A stretch of DNA of 64,000 bases from Oceanispirochaeta sp. (GCA_963663385.2 CAXXXD010000002.1:1088001-1152000); one strand, 5' to 3'. Shown: positions 27,148 to 37,281, counted from the stretch's first letter. Notes: a model not told the origin generated them from the sequence alone. Numbers and translations are program-made.

Positions 27148-27507
27148 TTAGTATAAGAATAATCCGCTGAGCAGGGCGGCCGCCAGTAAAAGTCCGCTTA
27201 AAAGAGGGAGAATAAAAGGGTGCTTTTTTCTGAAACTCCTTTTACGGAAAAGGAACATCAGCAGCAGAGGGGACAGACCTGCCGCCATATGAAAAAAGGA
27301 AACAGTTCCGCTTTTAAGGGATACAGCTGCGCCTGTCAGAATCACCAGAGGCAGTAGCAGCTGGGAAAGGTTCAGCACAAGCCTGTCAAAGGGTTTCGGG
27401 CCCCTTTTCTTTTTTACCAGCCAGGCTGATCGCGCCAGAAAAAGGGTGTGACTGATAACCAGTATAAAGGCGGAAACCGTATGGAGGATCAGAATCATAG
27501 AAGACAA
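27148..27507 (-). CDS. Small hypothetical membrane protein (about 4 TM)
   Basis: Four hydrophobic segments with basic loops; co-oriented with the macro-domain gene. Confidence 0.6.
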   Translation of the reverse strand: MSSMILILHTVSAFILVISHTLFLARSAWLVKKKRGPKPFDRLVLNLSQLLLPLVILTGAAVSLKSGTVSFFHMAAGLSPLLLMFLFRKRSFRKKHPFILPLLSGLLLAAALLSGLFLY

Positions 27508-27607
27508 TATTATTAGGAATGGGATAAATAATCCATATTACAGGGTTTTTTTTCATTCCTGTAAATCTCCGATTTACAAAACAACAGGTATCTGCTTATG
27601 ATTAATC

Positions 27608-30520
27608 ATGGCCAGAAAATATATTATCTCAGTTTTTGTTCTGATATTAATTTCCTCTTTTATTTATGCTCAGGAAGATTACCGTTCCAGGATTGCTATT
27701 GTTCCCATGGAAAACGGAACCGGAATGGATCAGTATAATCCCCTCTGCAACACTATTACTGAAACAGTCTCCCTGGTACTGGAATTCCTGAAAGATTACC
27801 GGGTTCTGGATGATCAGGATGCCAATCTCGGGCTTCTGGGAAACACGAACAGTCTGGTGGAGATGAGAGAGGCTGCGGTCAGTGAGAAAATAGATGAAGT
27901 TATTTACGGTCGTGCTGTTGTAACGGACGGGGTCTTTGAATTTACCCTGTCCCTTTATAATGTAAACGAAGGCAAGGTCACAAATCAGCAATCCGTTGAA
28001 GCCTATTCGGTTCTTGAGGTTTTTGATGCGGCGGATGAATTGACTGAGGGATTGATTGGGCAGCTGAGTGATATCCATATCGCCTTTGGATCTGTCAAGC
28101 TTGTTCAAAAAGGCGGTAAGGGAAATTACACGGTCAACCTTGACGGTTTCCCCTTGAGGAATCCTGATAAAACCTTTCGGAAGGTACTGAACGGCACCTA
28201 TGAAATTTCTATTACCCAGGAAAGGCTTACCGGACCGGCTGTTATTTTTAAAGAGAATATTCAGGTTGCAGAAGACGAAGAGACCCTTGTGGAATTCAGC
28301 ATCCCCCCGGGACTCCCCGGGGAATTCACTCTGCTGGATAAAAAAGGGGAAGCCCTTCTTGCACTGGGAGACAGCGAAGATACTTTTGATGAATTTCTGG
28401 AGGGGATAACAGCTTTTCAGAATCAGACCCTTGCGTTGGAGTATGATCCTGAACTTGAAGGGCTGCGGGATAACTACCTGGCTCAGGCCGGCGGAATTGC
28501 ATCGACAGTTCTTCAGGCCAGAATGGAAGCGGCGGATGATTCCTTTTATAGGAAAAGGCCCCGATTTTCCGAAACCCTTGGCTCATATGAAGATATTTCC
28601 GAGCTTGTAAAGACTCAGTTTGAAGTAAAAAAGCTTGTTTCCAGTAAAGAGCTTATTATCTCGGAACCCCAGAAAGTACAGATCGGAGAGGACGGGAATG
28701 TATACTTTAACTGTTTTGATATCGGTAAAGAGAATACTCTGGTTGCATGGAATCCGGAAAGAAATGCTGTCGCCGTCAGGATTCTAGACGGGAAAACAGA
28801 ATCCTATACCGGTGATTTTATCACGAACCGCCGCCGGGTTTATCTGTGGGAACCCGGGACAGCTAAAGTGGAGATCCTGGACGGTAATCTTAATACACTT
28901 GAAACCATTTCCGTACCCGATCTGCCCACGGGACCGGAAAATCTGAAGCTGGCTGTTTCCGCCAAGGGGCTGTTGTATATGGCATCGGGCAGTCTTGTCC
29001 GGGTCATTGATACAACCCGCCAATACGATGATGACGGCAACCTTCTCCCTCCCGACCGGTACCGTGCCATAGAGGAAAAACTGCTGGAACAGATAAAAAC
29101 TACCAGGCAGCCTCCCATGGATATCTTTTTTGATAAAGCCAGGCATTTGAACCTCTTTTTTCCCGGCGCTTCCCGGATTCTGGTTCTGGATGAGAACGGG
29201 ATTCTCCTGAAGGATCTGGCTCTGGAAATGTGCCACCCCCTGTCCCGGATAGCCGTGGATCGTCTGGGGTTCTACTATGTGACCCTGAACGAAGAGAATA
29301 CGATTGCCAAATACACACCGAAGGGAGAGTTTATAACCCTGTATGGAGAGTATGGTACAGAGGACGGTCAGTTTTCCATACCTACAGGGATCGCCGTTTC
29401 TGAAGAGGGGCTCCTTTATATCGCGGACTCGTACAACGCACGGATGCAGAGTCTGAATCCCCTGACACCTCCCGTGCTTTATCCTGAAATCGCCCAATAC
29501 GGAGAAGACCTGGACCGGCGAATCGAACGGACCGAAATGGCTGTTAAAAAAGAAAGGACCGCCCGTCAGGAAATCACCCTGGGTAAACATGCCCTGAACT
29601 TCCTTGGATCGGGATTGCTTCTGGCTAGTACGGGAGCCCTTGCTTTTACGGCCGATACCGCGGGAGCCAATGCCGCCTATGCCTACTATACTTATGAGAA
29701 CAGTACGGACGCAGATGAAATCAGTGACGCCAGGGGGACCGTAGAAGGGGAACAGCTTTTTCATCAGATTGCAGAGATCGGTTCCATGACGACTCTGGGA
29801 TTCAGCGCGGGAATCCTGACCACAACCCTTCTTGATATCGGCCTGGATTCCACCGTAACCCGGTATAATCGGAAACAGGCCCAGACAATGGATATGAATG
29901 TCCTGTATGAATCGGACCCTGATAAGTACCGGAGTATCCGGACCTCTTCCCGGATAGGGGTCTGGACCGGTATTATGCCGCCGGTTCTCGGTTTATGTAC
30001 AACCATCGGGTTCTGGAGCAATAATAATTTCGAGAAGGATATTTTAATGGGATTAACCGCGGCCGGGATAGGAATTCCCCCTCTGTTTTCCCATTTGCAC
30101 GGAGGACGATTCAGTATAGGCCTTTTTACAGCGGGACTGGCTGCCGATGCCCTGGCATTCCTCGCTATGGCAGGATTTGATGATGCTGTCGATTTTGATT
30201 CATGGGATTATGATAAATATGCCGGTTACGATTCCGATCCGCAGCCTGATGCTTCAGGGGGAGCGGAATTTGAAATGGACCGTATGATAGACCGTGTTTC
30301 GGATCTGTCATCCTTCTATCTGCTGGCCGCCGCCTACGGTATCCGCCTGTCTGCGGGTATCTTCGATGCCCGGTACGGCTGGACTTACACCAATAACTAT
30401 AACCGCTATAAGGCAGTTAAACAGGTTGAGGATGAGAGGTTGTCAAAGGTAGACTGGACTGTCAATCCTTTCCTGAATCAGGAAGGGGCATTGGGTATGG
30501 CTCTGAGCCTGAACTTCTAG
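27608..30520 (+). CDS. Large exported multidomain protein with NHL/beta-propeller repeats and a hydrophobic C-terminal region
   Basis: Signal peptide, RIAIVPMEN (CsgG/TolB-N-like), NHL repeat GTEDGQFSIPTGIAVSEEGLLYIADSYNARMQ, several TM-like helices, and terminal GMALSLNF. Confidence 0.75.
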   Translation: MARKYIISVFVLILISSFIYAQEDYRSRIAIVPMENGTGMDQYNPLCNTITETVSLVLEFLKDYRVLDDQDANLGLLGNTNSLVEMREAAVSEKIDEVIYGRAVVTDGVFEFTLSLYNVNEGKVTNQQSVEAYSVLEVFDAADELTEGLIGQLSDIHIAFGSVKLVQKGGKGNYTVNLDGFPLRNPDKTFRKVLNGTYEISITQERLTGPAVIFKENIQVAEDEETLVEFSIPPGLPGEFTLLDKKGEALLALGDSEDTFDEFLEGITAFQNQTLALEYDPELEGLRDNYLAQAGGIASTVLQARMEAADDSFYRKRPRFSETLGSYEDISELVKTQFEVKKLVSSKELIISEPQKVQIGEDGNVYFNCFDIGKENTLVAWNPERNAVAVRILDGKTESYTGDFITNRRRVYLWEPGTAKVEILDGNLNTLETISVPDLPTGPENLKLAVSAKGLLYMASGSLVRVIDTTRQYDDDGNLLPPDRYRAIEEKLLEQIKTTRQPPMDIFFDKARHLNLFFPGASRILVLDENGILLKDLALEMCHPLSRIAVDRLGFYYVTLNEENTIAKYTPKGEFITLYGEYGTEDGQFSIPTGIAVSEEGLLYIADSYNARMQSLNPLTPPVLYPEIAQYGEDLDRRIERTEMAVKKERTARQEITLGKHALNFLGSGLLLASTGALAFTADTAGANAAYAYYTYENSTDADEISDARGTVEGEQLFHQIAEIGSMTTLGFSAGILTTTLLDIGLDSTVTRYNRKQAQTMDMNVLYESDPDKYRSIRTSSRIGVWTGIMPPVLGLCTTIGFWSNNNFEKDILMGLTAAGIGIPPLFSHLHGGRFSIGLFTAGLAADALAFLAMAGFDDAVDFDSWDYDKYAGYDSDPQPDASGGAEFEMDRMIDRVSDLSSFYLLAAAYGIRLSAGIFDARYGWTYTNNYNRYKAVKQVEDERLSKVDWTVNPFLNQEGALGMALSLNF

Positions 30521-30535
30521 TGCGTTTATCGTATT

Positions 30536-31114
30536 CTAAAGGGTATCCTCTTCGGGAGATTCCCAGCCTATGACAGGGTAGAGATCCCAGGCTTTATAAC
30601 GCCGTTCCTTCATCATCTCTTTCATGGCCCTGTCTTTAATTTTATCCGAATCCTTATGATAACCGAACCCGAAACGGTAATAGGCGCCCTCTCCGATATT
30701 CCTTTTTTCCAGTGTTAAAACGGCATTGCTTACATAAACCACATTTTCTTCGATCAGGTATGTGGCGGAATTTACGGTATTTTCATCTTCCCATTCCCCT
30801 CCGCCGGAATGCTTGAAACCTATTTTCATGCGATAGTGCATATTGTAGCGTCCCGGTTCCAGCGGGATAGCTATAAAATCGTTTCCGGGGTAGTAGAGGA
30901 ATTCCTTCTCAAAGCCGGTTTCCCTGTTTACCAGAGTCATCTGAATCTGACTGACCTGGTAGGGTTCGCTTTGCCTGTTGATCAGGTTTCTGTCCACATC
31001 TCCAGTCAGAATAAAAAGGCTTTCCGTAGGGCTGCCGGGCAGGGGGACGGAGGAACAGGATGCTGATAGAAGGAATAAAGCCGTAGCCAGGATGACCGTT
31101 CGTATAATTCTCAT
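30536..31114 (-). CDS. Hypothetical lipoprotein
   Basis: Basic N-terminus, hydrophobic core and lipobox SASC. Confidence 0.7.
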   Translation of the reverse strand: MRIIRTVILATALFLLSASCSSVPLPGSPTESLFILTGDVDRNLINRQSEPYQVSQIQMTLVNRETGFEKEFLYYPGNDFIAIPLEPGRYNMHYRMKIGFKHSGGGEWEDENTVNSATYLIEENVVYVSNAVLTLEKRNIGEGAYYRFGFGYHKDSDKIKDRAMKEMMKERRYKAWDLYPVIGWESPEEDTL

Positions 31115-31223
31115 TTAGTTTTCCCCGGAAGAAAGAATATATACAATTGTCTTTGACAGAGTTGAAATTGTCAATCGGGATATGTACGGTCTGTGTAAAT
31201 ATTATTTGTCCCCGGTATTTGCC

Positions 31224-32144
31224 TCAAGCGCTCAGCTTTTCTGCCTTCAGGGTAAGTTCTTTCTGTTTTGCCGGAACAATCTGACTGATAATGACACCTG
31301 TCAGAATAATGGAGGATGCCAGTAACTGGGCTGCTCCGATCTCTTCCTTCAGTATCAGGATACTCAGGAGAAGGGATATAACCGGTATCAGATTTATAAA
31401 GGCGGAGGATTTGCTGGCGGGAATGCGGCTGGTTCCGAAATTGTAGAGTCCGTAGCCTCCCAGGGTAACAATAATACCAAGGTACAGAACAGCCAGATTT
31501 CCTCTCATAGTCCAGGCAACGGAGAACCCCGGTTCCGGGAACAGGCAGAGAGGAAGAAAAAACAGGCTGCCTGTAAGTGTCTGTATCCCTGTAAGAAAGA
31601 AGGGAGAGTACCGGGCTGTCAGTTTTTTCAGAGAGAGGGTATAACCGGTTGCGCAGACCATGGCGATAATTTCCATTATATTTCCCAGTACGGGATTGGG
31701 AGCTTCCTCTGCTCCGCTGCCGCTCAGGGTCAGCCATATAACTCCGCCCATGGCCAGAAAAAAACCGGCAAGCATATAGGCGTTAAGTTTTTCTCCCAGA
31801 AAGAAGAAAGCGGCTATCCCTACCATTAAAGGCAGAGTCGATGTAATCATACCTGCCTGACTGGCAGTGGTCAGGGTCAGAGCCTTTGCTTCAAACACAA
31901 AGTAGAGGCAGGGTTCGAATAAAGCCATAACAATTATTAAAAGAACGTCTTCTTTTCGAATCCCTGTCATCCCCTTGATGAGGACGGGTATAAAGAAGAT
32001 CATTCCCAGAACCATTCTGCTGAAAATGACAAACATGGGGTTGTACTCAGAGAATGCTATCTTCAGTGCTATAAAGGAGCTCCCCCATACAAACATGGCA
32101 AGGATCAGGGCGGCATAGGCAGTTACTGTTCCGTTCTTTTTCAT
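31224..32144 (-). CDS. DMT/EamA-family transporter
   Basis: VWGSSFIALK, ALFEPCLYFVFE and SSAFINLIPV; about 10 TM. Confidence 0.9.
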   Translation of the reverse strand: MKKNGTVTAYAALILAMFVWGSSFIALKIAFSEYNPMFVIFSRMVLGMIFFIPVLIKGMTGIRKEDVLLIIVMALFEPCLYFVFEAKALTLTTASQAGMITSTLPLMVGIAAFFFLGEKLNAYMLAGFFLAMGGVIWLTLSGSGAEEAPNPVLGNIMEIIAMVCATGYTLSLKKLTARYSPFFLTGIQTLTGSLFFLPLCLFPEPGFSVAWTMRGNLAVLYLGIIVTLGGYGLYNFGTSRIPASKSSAFINLIPVISLLLSILILKEEIGAAQLLASSIILTGVIISQIVPAKQKELTLKAEKLSA

Positions 32145-32293
32145 TGCTCTACTATGACAGAAAATAAGTCTGTCAGTAAGGGGGCAGGACTCTTTTTATA
32201 ATTGTCTGTATTAATATTGTCAATCAGGAAGGGATGGGGGTATCCTGAGGACAGACCATCTTTGAAATGATTCAATGATTACGGGGGGGCATT

Positions 32294-33631
32294 TTGAATG
32301 ATCCTGATTATGAAGCCATACTGGACAGTATCTCTGATGGAGTTTTTACTGTGGACCGGAACTGGAATATCAGTTCCTTCAACAGGGCTGCCGAGGAAAT
32401 AACAGGGGTTTCCAGGGAGGAGGCCCTCGGGCGTCCCTGTTCGGAAGTCCTGCGTTCCAGCCTCTGTGGCAGTGAATGTGCTCTCAGAAAAACACTGGAC
32501 GGCGGAAAACCGGTTATCAACAAACACTGTTACCTTATTGACGTGTATGGGGAGAAGGTTCCCATCTCTCTGTCAACTGCAGTTTTCCATAACAGGAACG
32601 GGGAAGTTATAGGCGGGGCTGAAACATTCCGCGACCTGTCCGAACTGGAAGTTCTTAAAAAAGATCTGACAGGCCCCCGTTACAGTGCGGGGAATCTGAA
32701 AAGCAGGAGTCCCTCCATGCAGCAGGTTCTTCATTTGACAGAGATGGTTTCGCCTACAGATTCAACAGTCCTGATATACGGAGAGACGGGTACGGGCAAA
32801 GAGGTAACCGCCCGTTCTGTCCATGAACTGAGTCCCCGCAGGGATGAACCTTTTGTGGCCATCAATTGTGCAGCCCTGCCGGAGAACCTGCTGGAGTCCG
32901 TTCTGTTCGGCCATAAAAAAGGTGCTTTTACAGGAGCCATGGAAGACCGGCCGGGTGTATTTGACCGTACGGGAAAGGGAACGCTCTTTCTGGATGAAAT
33001 AGGGGATATCTCTCCGGCTTTGCAGGTCCGTTTGCTGAGGGTTCTTCAGGAGCATGAATATGAGGCGGTCGGGAGTAACCGGACAAAAAAAACAGAAGCC
33101 CGGATTATTGCCGCTACCCACCGTAATCTGAAGGAGCGGATCGAGAAGGGGCTTTTCCGGGAAGATCTCTATTACCGTCTTAATGTTGTCTCCATTGAGC
33201 TGCCTCCCCTCCGGAAGAGGATTGAGGATCTCCCCGATCTGGCCGATCTGTTTATCCGCCGTTTTAATTCCCTTCATAACAAGGATGTTCTGGGCCTGAC
33301 ACCGGATGCCCTGGACCGTCTTCTCTCCTACTCCTGGCCGGGGAACATCAGGGAACTTGAAAACATGATGGAGAGAGCCTGTATCCTGTGTGCTGAAGAG
33401 TACATCGGTCTGTCCTGTCTGCCCCGGGATACGGGTGAAGAGAAAAAGACCGCTTCCCCTTCTGATGATCCGGGGGCTCTTCCCCTGGCGGGCTCACGGG
33501 AAGAGATGGAGATAAGAGAGATCCGGGGAGCTCTCGAAAAAACCCGTTACAATAAACAGGCTGCGGCGGATCTTCTGGGAATTCATAAAACAACTCTTTT
33601 CAGAAAGTTGAAAAAATACAACATACTGTAG
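32294..33631 (+). CDS. PAS-domain sigma54-dependent activator (OrpR-like)
   Basis: PAS with C-X8-C-X3-C (CSEVLRSSLCGSEC), GETGTGKE, GAFTGA, WPGNIREL and a Fis-type HTH. Confidence 0.88.
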   Translation: MNDPDYEAILDSISDGVFTVDRNWNISSFNRAAEEITGVSREEALGRPCSEVLRSSLCGSECALRKTLDGGKPVINKHCYLIDVYGEKVPISLSTAVFHNRNGEVIGGAETFRDLSELEVLKKDLTGPRYSAGNLKSRSPSMQQVLHLTEMVSPTDSTVLIYGETGTGKEVTARSVHELSPRRDEPFVAINCAALPENLLESVLFGHKKGAFTGAMEDRPGVFDRTGKGTLFLDEIGDISPALQVRLLRVLQEHEYEAVGSNRTKKTEARIIAATHRNLKERIEKGLFREDLYYRLNVVSIELPPLRKRIEDLPDLADLFIRRFNSLHNKDVLGLTPDALDRLLSYSWPGNIRELENMMERACILCAEEYIGLSCLPRDTGEEKKTASPSDDPGALPLAGSREEMEIREIRGALEKTRYNKQAAADLLGIHKTTLFRKLKKYNIL

Positions 33632-33677
33632 CGGTATTGCTACTAATAGTAGCAACATAGTGTAGCGTTTCTGCTAC
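33628..33677. promoter_or_regulatory. Tandem activator binding sites (UAS)
   Basis: GTAGC-N6-GCTAC at 33628-33643 and 33662-33677, 34 bp apart, upstream of a sigma54 promoter. Confidence 0.7.
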
Positions 33678-33728
33678 TATTATTGCTCTGTATATACTTC
33701 TAAGTGCCTTATAAGGTTGTTTTATAAC

Positions 33729-33745
33729 TTGGCACGGTACTTGTA
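33729..33745 (+). promoter_or_regulatory. sigma54 (-24/-12) promoter
   Basis: TTGGCACGGTACTTGTA = GG-N10-GT, before the AGGAGG RBS of the NifB/NifX gene. Confidence 0.8.
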
Positions 33746-33767
33746 GTATTATATTCAGGAGGCTGAT

Positions 33768-34175
33768 ATGAAAATCGCCCTACCAGTTTGGAATAATCGG
33801 ATTGCTCCCGTATTTGATGCGGCAGAGCGGTGGTTAACAGTTCTTGTCAGTGATGGAAAATGGGAAATCCGGGAGGAAAATACTTTTTCCGGAATCACCC
33901 CCGAAGCTAAAGCTCAGGAACTGTTGAACCATAATACGGAGTATCTGATATGCGGCGCCATTCCTTACAGGTTGGAAAGGTTTCTTGTTGAAGCCGGTTG
34001 CGGGGTCAGATCTTTTATTTCAGGAGAACCGGAGAGAATTCTCAGGGCCTGGGTAGATGATTCTTTGAATGATCCTTCTTATTGTATGCCCGGTTGTCAT
34101 GGTCGTGGTCAGGGGCCGAGAGGCCGCTTTGGAAACAGACATGGTCATGGTAACAGAGGGCGCGGACGAATATAA
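33768..34175 (+). CDS. NifB/NifX-family (orange-protein-like) cofactor-binding protein
   Basis: MKIALPVWNNRIAPVFD, LICGAI and MPGC followed by a Gly/Arg tail. Confidence 0.8.
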   Translation: MKIALPVWNNRIAPVFDAAERWLTVLVSDGKWEIREENTFSGITPEAKAQELLNHNTEYLICGAIPYRLERFLVEAGCGVRSFISGEPERILRAWVDDSLNDPSYCMPGCHGRGQGPRGRFGNRHGHGNRGRGRI

Positions 34176-34190
34176 CAGGAGTGTAATAAT

Positions 34191-34523
34191 ATGCCTAATA
34201 GAAATGGAATGGGACCGGAAGGAAAAGGTCCAATGACAGGATGGGGTATGGGAAACTGCAATAGCAATGCTGCTAACAATGCCAATACTAATACTAATAC
34301 AAATACTGCACAGGGAAATACTGCGGCACCTGTACAGGGACCGCTCCCCGTACAGGGACAGGTCCCCTTTATGGGACGCGGGATGGGCTATGGCCGCGGG
34401 CCCGGTATGGGCCGCGGATTCGGAATGGGACGCGGAGCTGCCATGGGCCGAGGGTTCGGAAGAGGACGCGGAATGGGCATGGGCCGCGGGGGAAATGGTT
34501 TTGGCGGACGCGGAAACTGGTAA
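34191..34523 (+). CDS. DUF5320-like Gly/Arg-rich protein
   Basis: MPNRNGMGPEGKGPMTGWGMGNC N-terminus and repeated GRGXG units. Confidence 0.75.
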   Translation: MPNRNGMGPEGKGPMTGWGMGNCNSNAANNANTNTNTNTAQGNTAAPVQGPLPVQGQVPFMGRGMGYGRGPGMGRGFGMGRGAAMGRGFGRGRGMGMGRGGNGFGGRGNW

Positions 34524-34544
34524 AACCGGAGCCTGAGTAAGACT

Positions 34545-34596
34545 AAAAGGGGCTGTCTCATAGTGATTGATCACTTTTACAACAGCCTCTTTTTTT
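34545..34596 (+). terminator. Stem-loop with T-tract between the DUF5320-like and MBL genes
   Basis: AAAAGGGGCTGT...GTGAT-TG-ATCAC...ACAGCCTCTTTTTTT. Confidence 0.55.
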
Positions 34597-34608
34597 AAAG
34601 GAAGGTTT

Positions 34609-35442
34609 ATGACAGATAAATTGACAGTTCTGGTAGACAACATAGCAGAGGAACCTTTTGAATCAGAACATGGGTTTTCTCTCTTGATTGAGTGGAAGGG
34701 GAAAAGGATCCTGTTTGATACGGCTCAGCACGATTCTCTTTTTCATAATGCTGCCGAGTTGGGGGTCTCTCTGGAAAATCTGGACGCCCTGATTCTCAGT
34801 CACGGGCATTATGACCATGGAGGGAATCTGGCCGGTATTCTGGAACGGAATCCCCGGATGCCTTTCTATGCCCATCCGCAATGCCTGCAGGACCGCTACT
34901 CCCGGCATGGGAAAGATGATGTCCGCCGGGTTTCCCTCTCGGAAAAGGACAGGGCTGCTGTTCTTGCTCTGCCGGGAGATCTATACATTCCCTGCTCCGG
35001 AGCAACTGAGGTTTTCCCCGGTTTATGGATAAGCGGTAGCATCCCCCGGATTTATGATGATGAAGATACGGGCGGGGCTTTTTACCTCGAGAAGGAAGCG
35101 GTGCATCCGGACCTGATTCCCGACGATATGTCGATCTGGGTGGATCATGGGGAGGATCTCTCCCTAATCTGCGGCTGTTGTCATTCCGGACTGCGGAATA
35201 CGGTTGACTATATCCGGCAGTTGAGCGGCGGGAAGGCTGTGCGAATGATCCTGGGAGGTTATCATCTCAAACATGCCGGAGAAAACCGTATCAGCCGTAC
35301 AATCGAATTTATTAACAGAAACCGGATACAGAAGATTGTACCCGCACACTGCACGGGAAAGACTGCCATGGAACGTTTTGCCAATGAGCTGGACGGGGAT
35401 GTAACTCTCAGCCGGGTTGGGCTGAAAGTCGCTTTATCATAA
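34609..35442 (+). CDS. MBL-fold metallohydrolase (dihydropteroate-synthase-related family found in orp loci)
   Basis: VLVDN, SEHGFS, ILFDT, LSHGHYDHGG, GCCHSG, GGYHL and PAHCTG. Confidence 0.85.
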   Translation: MTDKLTVLVDNIAEEPFESEHGFSLLIEWKGKRILFDTAQHDSLFHNAAELGVSLENLDALILSHGHYDHGGNLAGILERNPRMPFYAHPQCLQDRYSRHGKDDVRRVSLSEKDRAAVLALPGDLYIPCSGATEVFPGLWISGSIPRIYDDEDTGGAFYLEKEAVHPDLIPDDMSIWVDHGEDLSLICGCCHSGLRNTVDYIRQLSGGKAVRMILGGYHLKHAGENRISRTIEFINRNRIQKIVPAHCTGKTAMERFANELDGDVTLSRVGLKVALS

Positions 35443-35473
35443 GGAGAAACCGGTTTCCCGGTCTGGATGGAAG

Positions 35474-37162
35474 TTAACCCTCCCTGATTACCGGGAGGGC
35501 TCTTCCTGCTTTCAGAAGAGTGAGTAATTCCTGTTCTGTGAGGGGAGGGGAAAAGTAGTATCCCTGAAATTTGTGGCACCCCTCCTTTTTCAGAACAGCC
35601 AGCTGCTCTTCTGTCTCAACCCCTTCTGCAATCAGTTCCTTATTCAGGTTTTCTGCCAGATGGATTATCAGTTTCAGAAAATTCCGGCTCTCCTGGCTAT
35701 GAACGATCTCATCGATAAAGGATTTATCCAGTTTCAGGGTGCTGGCCGGCAGGTCCTTCAGGTAGCTTAACGAAGAGTATCCAGTTCCGAAATCATCCAG
35801 GAAAATTTCAAAACCCGCTTCCGACAGGCTCTTCATTTTTTCTATTATCAAATCGGGGTGGAGCATCTCCATGGATTCCGTACATTCCAGGCGGATCCTG
35901 TCGGGATTTTCCAGTTCTGCCTGCTTAAGAGCCGCCTGGAGGATACTCAGGAGATGATTATCTTCGAACTCCCTGGATGTCAGGTTGAGGGAGGTATAAA
36001 TACTGTATTCCTCACTCCAGGATTTCAGGGAGCGCAGGGTTTTGAAGATTACCCACTTCCCGATAGAGACGATCAGTCCGTTTCTTTCCGCCAGGGGAAT
36101 AAATTCCGAGGGCGGGATCCTTCCCTTCTGGGGATGATCCCATCTGATAAGGGTTTCGCAGCCTTCAATCTTCCCGTTTATATCCACAATCGGCTGATAG
36201 TTCAGTTGAAATTCTCCCTTTTCAAAGGCACGCACCATATCGCTTTCCATTTTAAGACGGCTGACAGCCTGATTATGGATCTTCCGGTCGTACATCAGGT
36301 AGGGTCTGTTTTCACTCATTGACCGTCTGAGAGCTTCTGCTGCGCTGTTTATAAAGTTCTGGGGCGAATCTCCGTCCTTGGGGAAAAGGGATATTCCTAT
36401 ATGGCAGGTCAGGCAGATATCGTGTGATCCGCTTCTGTAGGGAATGGTAACAATATCATGGATCTTCCGGGCAACCACCGCCGGACCGTACTCCTGATTA
36501 AGGCAGGTCAGCAGGACAACCAGTTCATTTCCTTCGTAGCGGAATATGTAATCGCTGTTCCGCAATAGTTCCCTGATACGGATCCCCGTATTCTCCAGCA
36601 GCATATTCCCCAGGGCGTGGCCATGGCTGAGATTGATCTCCTGCAGGTTTGTAATGGATATAAAAAGGAGAGACAGGAGTTCCTCTTTTTGGGAACGGTT
36701 GGCCTTTTCCAGCTCCATCTCCAGAATAATATCAAGGGACCTTCCATTGAAAAGACCGGTCATGGGATCCCTGAATTCATAGTTAATCAGTTTTGCTTCT
36801 ATTTCTCCCAGTCGCGTAATATCGTGAGAGAATACAAGGGCGTGTGTGATCTCCCCGTTTTCCTGATAGGGATAATAGGATATGTGCATGTATCTCCAGC
36901 TGGGACCAAACTCGAAACGATCGACATAATGAACTTCCTCTCCTGCCAGACAGCGGTCCAGATGAGGCTTTATGGTTTTGAAAAATACATCCTTTCCCCA
37001 TACCTCCTCTACCCGGTGACCAAGAATCTCCTCTCTGGGTTTTTCAATGTTGCGTATGTAGGATTCGTTCACTACATCATAGCGGTATTCCCTGTTTACC
37101 AGTGTAATGAAGTCGGAGGAGGTGTTGACAATGTATTCAAAACGCTTTTCCAGTTCTACCAT
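35474..37162 (-). CDS. PAS-GGDEF(degenerate)-EAL c-di-GMP phosphodiesterase
   Basis: GGDEF motif reads EGNEL; EAL domain has ETLIRW, DDFGTGYSSLSYL, KLDKSF and AEGVET. Confidence 0.88.
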   Translation of the reverse strand: MVELEKRFEYIVNTSSDFITLVNREYRYDVVNESYIRNIEKPREEILGHRVEEVWGKDVFFKTIKPHLDRCLAGEEVHYVDRFEFGPSWRYMHISYYPYQENGEITHALVFSHDITRLGEIEAKLINYEFRDPMTGLFNGRSLDIILEMELEKANRSQKEELLSLLFISITNLQEINLSHGHALGNMLLENTGIRIRELLRNSDYIFRYEGNELVVLLTCLNQEYGPAVVARKIHDIVTIPYRSGSHDICLTCHIGISLFPKDGDSPQNFINSAAEALRRSMSENRPYLMYDRKIHNQAVSRLKMESDMVRAFEKGEFQLNYQPIVDINGKIEGCETLIRWDHPQKGRIPPSEFIPLAERNGLIVSIGKWVIFKTLRSLKSWSEEYSIYTSLNLTSREFEDNHLLSILQAALKQAELENPDRIRLECTESMEMLHPDLIIEKMKSLSEAGFEIFLDDFGTGYSSLSYLKDLPASTLKLDKSFIDEIVHSQESRNFLKLIIHLAENLNKELIAEGVETEEQLAVLKKEGCHKFQGYYFSPPLTEQELLTLLKAGRALPVIREG

Positions 37163-37281
37163 TGCTATATTATAATATACTTCAAGTTTATTTTTAATTG
37201 AGGCAAATTCCTTTTTTTCCCCTTTTTTTCTAAATTTTCTCTTATTCCCTTGCGTTTCTCTTTCAGGAAGGATATCTTAAA

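Noticed and set aside
32156..32176. TGACAG..CTGTCA inverted repeat upstream of the EamA gene
   Set aside because: Single 6-bp arm with no cognate regulator nearby; too weak to call.
34260..34500. AATACT tandem repeats and GGCCGCGG-type repeats
   Set aside because: They encode the Asn/Thr linker and GRGXG units of the DUF5320-like protein; not an independent element.
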